This document shows positions 9,266-16,251 of a stretch of DNA of 64,000 nt, in pieces. Position numbers and translations under genes: made by a program. The stretch covers positions 17,577-81,576 of the forward strand of contig JAYNJV010000004.1 of NCBI GenBank assembly GCA_038110525.1, given 5' to 3'. Numbering within the stretch: position 1 is the stretch's first letter; each line of letters opens with the position of its first letter. The notes under the pieces are model-generated. The model was given only the letters and a program-made list of their open reading frames with translations, did not search any database and was not told the origin of the DNA. Source of the DNA: Candidatus Poseidoniales archaeon. Lineage in GTDB: Archaea; Thermoplasmatota; Poseidoniia; Poseidoniales; Poseidoniaceae.

Positions 9266-9661
9266 ATGCGAAAAATATCGGTCGTCTGTGCGAGTTATCA
9301 TCTTGAAGAAATTGAGGTCATGCTCTCCTTTGCAAAGCAAGAATGTGCCACCAACAACATCGAAATTGCTGACATTGTTTGGGTTGCAGGTTCGTATGAA
9401 CTTCCACTCGCAATTTCACGAGAAATTCAAAAGAAAGGCATTCACGGTGCTGTGTGCCTTGGCGTGATCGAAAAAGGTGAGACCGATCACGGAAAGGCCA
9501 TTGGTTTGAGCATTTTTTCAAAAATTCTCGATATGCAAATCGAACACAACAAGCCCATTGGTTTGGGTATCATCGGTCCTGGGGCAAAACCAGAGCATGT
9601 TGCTCCACGACTTGAACACCATGCACGAAATGCCGTTCAAGCACTGCTGTCCTTCTTCTGA
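9266..9661 (+). CDS. ribH: 6,7-dimethyl-8-ribityllumazine synthase
   Basis: VAGSYELPLA and CLGVIEKGETDHGKAIG blocks (G-x-F/Y-E-L/I-P and LG-x-VI-x-G-x-T-x-H). Last gene of the riboflavin cluster. Confidence 0.8.
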   Translation: MRKISVVCASYHLEEIEVMLSFAKQECATNNIEIADIVWVAGSYELPLAISREIQKKGIHGAVCLGVIEKGETDHGKAIGLSIFSKILDMQIEHNKPIGLGIIGPGAKPEHVAPRLEHHARNAVQALLSFF

Positions 9662-10200
9662 GATTTGTCTCGAGCAATGACAATGGCCCAAAGCAGAATC
9701 AGGGCACCAACATTTGAAAACCAAATGATCGGATTTGACCACCTGATACCATCGTACATGGCATCCGAAATCGGATAGAACACAGGTGTAGGGAAGAAAT
9801 TCAGCGTATGTGTTGGAATATCGAGAAGGATGTGGATGTACCACGGAAGCCATAGCCACATCGCAAGTTTGAGCGGGTTGCCGCGACTCTGCTCCTCGAA
9901 TTGTTGCTCAAATCGGCTCCCCTTAAAACGGGAAAAAAGCGAGTAGGATAAGAGAAACGCAAGGGTCACAATGATGGCACTGTGGCTATACTGGTAGATG
10001 TCCCAAGCAATGGCAGGAAAGTCAGAGGTGAGGGTGGTGTCGTCGACGCTGGTTCTTTCAATCCCGTACATGAAACTGTACATGGCTGAAGGAATGAAAG
10101 CGAGCAAGTCAGGTAGCACGCCCATAGGACCCGCAACTTTCCAATTCACTCGCTTTCGAGTGGCGAGCACGCCCCAGAGCCAATGCGAGAGGACGTCCAT
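9637..10200 (-). CDS. membrane-bound metal-dependent hydrolase family protein (DUF457/YdjM-like)
   Basis: Family-typical start MDVLSHWLWG followed by several TM helices and conserved His residues. I trimmed the 60-codon N-terminal ORF extension (to 10380), which runs through the recombinase promoter and site region. Start is uncertain. Confidence 0.5.
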   Translation of the reverse strand: MDVLSHWLWGVLATRKRVNWKVAGPMGVLPDLLAFIPSAMYSFMYGIERTSVDDTTLTSDFPAIAWDIYQYSHSAIIVTLAFLLSYSLFSRFKGSRFEQQFEEQSRGNPLKLAMWLWLPWYIHILLDIPTHTLNFFPTPVFYPISDAMYDGIRWSNPIIWFSNVGALILLWAIVIARDKSQKKDSSA

Positions 10201-10246
10201 GTGCGGAGCGAGAAAGAGGGCGTTCTTCAATCCGACCCTTTGTGTT

Positions 10247-10266
10247 GACACACCGTGGGGTATGTC
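10247..10266. repeat. left boundary site GACACACCGTGGGGTATGTC
   Basis: 16/20 identical to the right site, including an 11-nt perfect run GACACACCGTG. Arms GACAC/ATGTC flank a 10-bp spacer. Confidence 0.6.
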
Positions 10267-10326
10267 GGACCATATGGCCACGCAGAAACGTGAATTTTCC
10301 ACCTGCTTGCCCAAGCAGAGAAAAAA

Positions 10327-10345
10327 GACACACCAACTCAGTGTC
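10327..10345. repeat. internal third copy GACACACCAACTCAGTGTC, upstream of the recombinase promoter
   Basis: Same GACACACC 8-mer and a perfect GACAC...GTGTC dyad (9-bp spacer). Lies 25 nt upstream of the TATATA box at 10371. Confidence 0.5.
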
Positions 10346-10370
10346 AAGAATTTGAGGCGTCGCGTGAGTG

Positions 10371-10376
10371 TATATA
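10371..10376 (+). promoter_or_regulatory. TATA-box-like element for a leaderless recombinase transcript
   Basis: TATATA lies 23 nt before the ATG at 10400, the spacing expected for an archaeal leaderless mRNA. No experimental support. Confidence 0.3.
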
Positions 10377-10399
10377 GCAAGCCTGTACCATATGAGACG

Positions 10400-11119
10400 A
10401 TGGCTAAGCAGAAACAAGCAGAACAATGCGTTCTCTATATTCGAGTCTCCTCCACTCGCCAAGCCGAAGACGGTGTGAGTATTGATGCCCAAATTGCGAG
10501 AGGCAAACTTCACGCACAATACATGAATTTTCTGCTGCCCGATGAAAATATTTTCATCGATGAGGGCGTAAGTGCCACAACCCCATTGTGGTCAAGACCT
10601 GCTGGTAAGCAGATGCGGGAGTTCATCACCAAGCAGAAGATTAAGCAGATTATTGCGTATCGAATGGACCGATTATTCAGAAGAACCGTGGATTGTCTTG
10701 CTACGGTTGAAGAATTGGATGATGAAGGCGTGAGTATTCAATTCTGTGAATCAGGTGGTCAGCCTCTCGATTTGTCGTCGGCTGTTGGACGTATGCTCAT
10801 CACTATCATGGCGGCCTTCGGTGAAATGGAGCGAAATCTCATCAGCGAGCGAACGTGTATGGCCATGCAACATCTCAAAGCGAATGGCAAGAGGTTCACT
10901 TACGACAAATATGGATGGGATGTTGATGAAGACAACAACTTCATTGAGAATGAAACAGAACAGTATTGGATTGAATACATCAAGGTGAGATACCATGAGG
11001 ATAACATCTCAATCTCACAAATTGCAAGAGAACTCAACACCTGTGGGGTTCCAACCAAGCGTAATGGAACCTGGTCTCACAAACAAGTCTCACGAATAAT
11101 CGCTCGCCAAAATGAATAA
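10400..11119 (+). CDS. small serine recombinase (resolvase/invertase family)
   Basis: N-terminal catalytic block VLYIRVSSTRQAEDGVSIDAQ (nucleophile Ser), then YRMDRLFRR and MERNLISERT blocks. C-terminal HTH-like ISISQIARELN..GVPT. The upstream 134 codons of ORF 9998..11119 were rejected. Confidence 0.85.
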   Translation: MAKQKQAEQCVLYIRVSSTRQAEDGVSIDAQIARGKLHAQYMNFLLPDENIFIDEGVSATTPLWSRPAGKQMREFITKQKIKQIIAYRMDRLFRRTVDCLATVEELDDEGVSIQFCESGGQPLDLSSAVGRMLITIMAAFGEMERNLISERTCMAMQHLKANGKRFTYDKYGWDVDEDNNFIENETEQYWIEYIKVRYHEDNISISQIARELNTCGVPTKRNGTWSHKQVSRIIARQNE

Positions 11120-13022
11120 CAAATTAGATCAATCCAGGTGTGTTGGTTTAATCGTGTCAGAAGATGCGTTGACTTTTACAATGACTCCAAAGAAAGGTTT
11201 CTTTGGCATTGGTAAATCAAAGGCAGAATGTTTCACATGTCCAAAGGCAATTTATCCATCATTAAAACAAGAGTTTGACTTATCAAAAACAAATCTCCAA
11301 CAAAGTGCAACATTGGTTATAGAAAACGAAGAGTACCCTTTTCTTGTTAGGCTTGTAAATATGAATAGGACTAAAGTTAGAAAATTACTTCCCTCAAAAT
11401 TGATTAAGCGGGAGACGATACAATTCTCTTGGAAATCAGACCCACAAACTCAATCAAAGATAAAGGAATATCTTGCAGGATCTTACTCCCAGCTCCTCGA
11501 TAATAATGAAGCCACTGTTGACCCAGTAGTGTTCAGATATTGCGGTAATAAAAGATTCAAACTTGAGCGAAAGGAGCCAGACGACAATAACTCGCAAGTT
11601 TTCAAGATTGGAATAGAGTATAGGGATACTGGAACGCCAACATCAAGTGAAGACGAGTTCATGGGTTGGATAAATATAGAAGGCAGTGGAATAAAGAATG
11701 CGGGAGGTATTCGTGGAATAAAGTCACTAAGAACTGGGCACTCTAGTTTGGATGCATTGATCTTGGTTACAAGTCATAAACCTGGAAATTTGCACAACCC
11801 TTGGGATGATAAAATAGATTCTAGCGATTCTACTATGTTCTATTGGGGAGATGCTAAACAACATTCTGATAAAGGTATGATGGATTTTCAGGGGAATAGG
11901 CATTTGATGGAAGCAAAGGAGAATCAAATACCAATATTACACTTCATAAGAAACAGACAAAGTTATGTGGAATTTTCAGGCATATATCTAATGCAAAACC
12001 TGGAAACAAAACAAATGACTGATCAAGGAAAAACGATTGAAAATCTGTTTGTTACCTTAGAACGGACCCAAGACAGAGCTGTCAACTGTGAATGGTTAAG
12101 AGATTGGAGAACCAAAGACGATTGGGCAGAGAGAATCAAGAATGGCCCCACAGACTGGTTATCGAGAATAAAACCTCAGAAAACAGGTTCAAATATTCAA
12201 TCAGAAGATCACATTGTCGCTAACATACCGAGCTCTTTTGTCCAGAGGAAAATCAAATTAGCCAATGATCGCGGTAATGGTGAAGCAAAACTGTATATTG
12301 GACCGGTTAAGAATAAAGAGGGGTATGAAAAATTCTTCTGTAATTGGCACCCAATGAATACTTACGAATTGGATCGGGTCAATTTACTACTTTACCTTCA
12401 AGACGTTGAACTGGAATTTTCCAAGCAAAGCAAATACAAGGCAGTAAGTAAGAAACTATACTACGAGTTGTTCAATAAAGTTGAGAGATTAGATGACAAT
12501 CGAATAGACTTGACTTACCATGAAGACAAGTCTAGATATTACATCCGTGGTACCAGCGAAGCTTGGAAATTGATTCGAAAAACCTGTTTACCACTAATTA
12601 CAACCCTGTTAATCGAAGTAAAATCGAGTAATAGTGATGGTTCATGCGATTATGTTGTGAGAATTTTATGCTCAGGCGAAGGAAGAGCGGCAAATCCAAC
12701 TAGTGGTATGAAGAGTAAATCGAGAAAAAAAAGGTCTCAAAGGAAAGCCAAACAGATTAAATTCAAGATGACACCTGAAGATAGCCGCACAATTAGTGAT
12801 GACTTAAAGGACAGAGTTTGGAGGCGTGATCAGGGAATGTGTCAAGCAAATTACAAACTTGATTCACGATTTGACAAGAATACAGGAGAGATTTGCGGTT
12901 CAAACGAGAATTTGGAATTCGATCATATCGTTCCATTTTCTAGGGGAGGAAAGACTACCTATAGGAACCTGCAATTGCTTTGCAGAACCCATAACCAGAT
13001 TAAATCAGATAGAGAAATCTAG
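11112..13022 (+). CDS. multidomain HNH endonuclease (unassigned N-terminus, SRA/YDG-like middle region, C-terminal HNH)
   Basis: C-terminal HNH: LEFDHIVPFSRGGKTTYRNLQLLCRTHNQIK. Residues ~185-300 (GIRGIKS...ALILVTS...NPWDDKIDSSDSTMFYWGDAKQ...FQGNRHLMEA...IPILHFIR) follow the block order of SRA/YDG 5mC-binding domains. ATGAATAA overlap with the recombinase stop codon. Confidence 0.7.
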   Translation: MNNKLDQSRCVGLIVSEDALTFTMTPKKGFFGIGKSKAECFTCPKAIYPSLKQEFDLSKTNLQQSATLVIENEEYPFLVRLVNMNRTKVRKLLPSKLIKRETIQFSWKSDPQTQSKIKEYLAGSYSQLLDNNEATVDPVVFRYCGNKRFKLERKEPDDNNSQVFKIGIEYRDTGTPTSSEDEFMGWINIEGSGIKNAGGIRGIKSLRTGHSSLDALILVTSHKPGNLHNPWDDKIDSSDSTMFYWGDAKQHSDKGMMDFQGNRHLMEAKENQIPILHFIRNRQSYVEFSGIYLMQNLETKQMTDQGKTIENLFVTLERTQDRAVNCEWLRDWRTKDDWAERIKNGPTDWLSRIKPQKTGSNIQSEDHIVANIPSSFVQRKIKLANDRGNGEAKLYIGPVKNKEGYEKFFCNWHPMNTYELDRVNLLLYLQDVELEFSKQSKYKAVSKKLYYELFNKVERLDDNRIDLTYHEDKSRYYIRGTSEAWKLIRKTCLPLITTLLIEVKSSNSDGSCDYVVRILCSGEGRAANPTSGMKSKSRKKRSQRKAKQIKFKMTPEDSRTISDDLKDRVWRRDQGMCQANYKLDSRFDKNTGEICGSNENLEFDHIVPFSRGGKTTYRNLQLLCRTHNQIKSDREI

Positions 13023-14611
13023 TTTTCCAATAACGCTGCCACAACACGTTCCAAGTCAGCCTGTTGGATTTGTCTTTCAGGCAATTCGTCAAACAACTCT
13101 TTGACCCTAATGGCTCTTTCCTTGAGGCTATTGAAAGTCTTGTCCTTAGCAGCAAGAACAGGAATTGCCTGCGCCATAATTGCGATAAGGACATCAACGA
13201 CGATTGAGTTGCCTGCTTGCCTGTAAAGCTGATTGTTTGACACAACCTGCTTGAATGAATCACAGAACCCCATCAGCCTCAAACACTCTGTAGGAGTTAA
13301 CATACGAATTCGACCTTCAGTAGTAACATAATTGTCGACACCTGCTCTGTGATTCTTGTGCATTGTTGATAGCAACGGCCTTGCAACCTCGAGGTCAATC
13401 TTAGGTATTGACCTGAAGCCTTTCGTGCCTGTTGCCATTACATATGTCTCAACTTTTTGGCTCAAGAAGTGCTTTTCATCAATCAGATGCTGGCCATTAT
13501 TTTCTTCTACGAAAACAAAGTCACCATGCCAATTGAACTGCTGATTTGCTTTCTGACAAAGCATGATTTCTCCGTCAATTTGAGTGTACTGTTTCCTGTG
13601 ATTTTTCTCCCAAGTCACAAAATCAACACCTTTGGTTCCGAGATAGAATTTACCTGCTACATTGTCCTCAAGGAAATCTTGCATCTTGCTTTTTAGTTCG
13701 ACAGGTTCCGGGAATGTGAAATCAGAACCGTCGTTAAGGAAGCCAACCACGAACACTCTTTGGCGATGTTGTGGAACTCCGTAATCCTTCGAATTAAGAA
13801 CTTCGTGGTGCCAGGTATAACCTGTATTATCAAAGCACTTTGAAATAACTTCCCACGTCTTTTTGTTATCGTGAGTGTACACGCCTTTGACGTTCTCCCA
13901 AATGAATATCTTAGGCTTTATTTCGTCGACCAATCGTACAAAATCATAGAATAGGGTCCCTCTAGCGTCATCAAATCCTTCTTGGTGACCAACGAAAGAG
14001 AAACTCTGACAGGGGCTCCCTCCAACAAATAGGTCGATTTCTCCTTCATACTGCTTACCGTCCAAAAATGAAACGTCTTTGTGGAAATGTTCAGAAGGGC
14101 AATCATAATTTGCAAGATATGATTCCTCGACGAATGCCTTTTTCCCACGCAACTCATAGAGTTCATTCACTAATTCACGTCTCAACTTTTGATCTGAAAT
14201 TGATTGAATACTCAATCTTAACACATCTTCGATAGAAGGAATATCGACTTCTTTTTCAGCTAGTAATGCATTGTGGAAATCACAAACTAACGATGTGTTT
14301 GAAAGTTTTAGGAAATCCTTTTCATTTTCAAAAGTGGTTTGCGGTTTGATACCGTGTAGAAACGATTTCTCATCTTGGCTACATCCATCCATCCAGCAGC
14401 AATTCAACTTGTGTAGTCCTTCAAATGAGGCTCCTGCATCGTCCAATTTAGCAAGCAGGTCTTTCAATTTTTTTACCGATGTTACTTTCTCTGCCCAATC
14501 GATATTACTGTTGTCACAAGCAAATGCAACTTCATAATCGATTCCCATTCTTTCGAGAGCATGTTCTATTGCCCCTATGCCTGAGAATACGGTTCCTAAT
14601 CTCATGGGCAT
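13019..14611 (-). CDS. DNA (cytosine-5)-methyltransferase with an enlarged motif I-IV spacer
   Basis: Motif I FSGIGA, motif IV GGSPCQSFS, VI ENVKG, VIII QHRQRVFVVGF, IX TPTECLRLMGF, X RQAGNSIVV. About 190 aa separate motif I from PCQ. Confidence 0.9.
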   Translation of the reverse strand: MPMRLGTVFSGIGAIEHALERMGIDYEVAFACDNSNIDWAEKVTSVKKLKDLLAKLDDAGASFEGLHKLNCCWMDGCSQDEKSFLHGIKPQTTFENEKDFLKLSNTSLVCDFHNALLAEKEVDIPSIEDVLRLSIQSISDQKLRRELVNELYELRGKKAFVEESYLANYDCPSEHFHKDVSFLDGKQYEGEIDLFVGGSPCQSFSFVGHQEGFDDARGTLFYDFVRLVDEIKPKIFIWENVKGVYTHDNKKTWEVISKCFDNTGYTWHHEVLNSKDYGVPQHRQRVFVVGFLNDGSDFTFPEPVELKSKMQDFLEDNVAGKFYLGTKGVDFVTWEKNHRKQYTQIDGEIMLCQKANQQFNWHGDFVFVEENNGQHLIDEKHFLSQKVETYVMATGTKGFRSIPKIDLEVARPLLSTMHKNHRAGVDNYVTTEGRIRMLTPTECLRLMGFCDSFKQVVSNNQLYRQAGNSIVVDVLIAIMAQAIPVLAAKDKTFNSLKERAIRVKELFDELPERQIQQADLERVVAALLEN

Positions 14612-14654
14612 CACACATTCCTGTCAATAAAGAGGGTTAATGACTCTTCTGGCT

Positions 14655-15437
14655 TCAATCTCCTCGTTTCTTTTTCCAAAAGTCATACTCTTCAGGTAGT
14701 GAGTCGTAAATCTGGTTGGCGCTCATTGAATACCAGTCTGCGGTTAGTTTCATCTGATTTCTCAAATCTGCAACTAATCGATTGATATTTCCAGGGCGAG
14801 TTTTTGTTGAATATCCTCGTCGCAAAGAACTGGATTCTTCATCCCAATATAGAAGACGTATGACTTCGATAAGATTCTTATTTGATATGACTTCGATTCT
14901 CCCTGCAGTTTGTTCAACGTCATCCCCCCATGAATCCAAGCTTCCCGAAAGTAAAACATCCGCCTGATGTTCAGAATTTTTGTTGTAATCATAAATCAAG
15001 TACGGCCCTAGTGCGTAGTGTCTTCTTCCACGCAATGATTGTTCACTGCCGCTGGAGATATATCTCGGTATGAATTTTGGATATTTCTCATACTGATCTT
15101 TCTTTTCCATCGGAACCTTTCTTCTTCCATTAGCGTCGACTGGACAAAATTGATCGAAATATCTCAAGACAATTGAGGCCCAAAAGTTCCTATTTTTCGA
15201 CACCATTTGCCTTGAAACTCCTGCCTCTTCGAGGACATGAACCAGATACTTTCCAAAAATTTGTTTGTTTTTGAATGTCATAGTCAATTGTAAATGAACC
15301 TTAGGTGAGAATTCTGTAGAATAGTTACGATCTGTTAACAGGTGAGTGGGTGCTGAACCACCTGATCTCGCACTTTCGTCCAAAAATGTTCTGAACATGT
15401 CAACACCTTCATCAGTCAAGATTCTAAACGCTACCAT
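14655..15437 (-). CDS. hypothetical protein C of the GHKL operon
   Basis: 260-aa ORF. Its ATG lies 1 nt after the stop codon of gene B and is preceded by AGAGGTGA (SD-like). No motif recognised. Confidence 0.6.
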   Translation of the reverse strand: MVAFRILTDEGVDMFRTFLDESARSGGSAPTHLLTDRNYSTEFSPKVHLQLTMTFKNKQIFGKYLVHVLEEAGVSRQMVSKNRNFWASIVLRYFDQFCPVDANGRRKVPMEKKDQYEKYPKFIPRYISSGSEQSLRGRRHYALGPYLIYDYNKNSEHQADVLLSGSLDSWGDDVEQTAGRIEVISNKNLIEVIRLLYWDEESSSLRRGYSTKTRPGNINRLVADLRNQMKLTADWYSMSANQIYDSLPEEYDFWKKKRGD

Positions 15438-15438
15438 T

Positions 15439-16251
15439 TCACTCACCTCTTTCGATGTTGATCAAATTAGAAGATAGAGCCTTACTTTCACTGTAATTTG
15501 CAACTACGTTCCCAATCCACTCTGATGCATCTTGTAAGAATTGAGCTTCATCAGTCTCATTTTCTTCATAAGATGGAGGCGTATTTTCTGGCAACAAGCT
15601 CCTTGCAAATCTTATCCAAGCACCTTTCCATGTTTGGTCTTCGTACCACCTGTACAAATCTGCCTTCATACTGATCATCAAGAAGTTCAACATACCTTCA
15701 AACACCGAAGGCATAATCATTCCCATAACCTTAGAGTCCTCTTGTAGTGGCTTGCCGGAATCCAATGCTACATCCCACCATTTTTGATTAAACACCAATT
15801 TTGGCAGTTCTATTTCTTCATAAACCTCTAATTTCCATGGGCGCTCTCCTAAATCTTCATAATCAGCAATAATTAGGCTTCTACGAGATTTCAAATCAGG
15901 TTGTGCGATTGAGACAGTATGCTTTTTACTAGCGGCCAAAAGATTGCCACCATCAACAACTCTTACAACAAAACTAGCACTTGTCCAAGAATCTAATTCA
16001 GATAATGAAACATTATCAGGACTTACAGGGTTTCCAAATGTGCCATAATCAAAGCGCATGAATGACATATCTTTTCCAACATCTACGAACACTTTGGCAT
16101 TAGGAGGAATTTGTTCCAGTGCAGGTTTCATGCTCCAATCGAATTCCATTTCCAACAATGGTGCTTTTTGATGAATTTTAGAAAGTCTAGCGTCTATACA
16201 CTCCTGTGTAATTAGCATTCGGCCAGTATAGTTGAAGTTTCTACTAGCCAT
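15439..16251 (-). CDS. hypothetical protein B of the GHKL operon
   Basis: 270-aa ORF. Its ATG overlaps the last codons of the GHKL gene by 8 nt and is preceded by AGAGGTGA. Beta-rich N-terminal half, helical C-terminal half. No motif recognised. Confidence 0.6.
   Translation of the reverse strand: MASRNFNYTGRMLITQECIDARLSKIHQKAPLLEMEFDWSMKPALEQIPPNAKVFVDVGKDMSFMRFDYGTFGNPVSPDNVSLSELDSWTSASFVVRVVDGGNLLAASKKHTVSIAQPDLKSRRSLIIADYEDLGERPWKLEVYEEIELPKLVFNQKWWDVALDSGKPLQEDSKVMGMIMPSVFEGMLNFLMISMKADLYRWYEDQTWKGAWIRFARSLLPENTPPSYEENETDEAQFLQDASEWIGNVVANYSESKALSSNLINIERGE

Noticed and set aside
10303-10318. Palindrome CTGCTTG-CC-CAAGCAG as a rho-independent-style terminator hairpin
   Set aside because: A 2-nt loop is sterically implausible for an RNA hairpin, and no T-tract follows. 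It is kept only as a possible protein-binding dyad within the island-boundary finding.
9998-10399. N-terminal 134 codons of the 373-aa ORF 9998..11119, upstream of the recombinase catalytic domain
   Set aside because: It lies antisense to the DUF457 hydrolase gene and has no resolvase-like sequence. Small serine recombinases begin a few residues before the (Y/V)xRVSS block. An ATG at 10400 has a TATA-like box at the right distance.
10109-10519. 136-aa minus-strand ORF spanning the recombinase start
   Set aside because: It overlaps both the recombinase 5' end and the promoter/site region. No motif was recognised, and it is more simply explained as a chance ORF.
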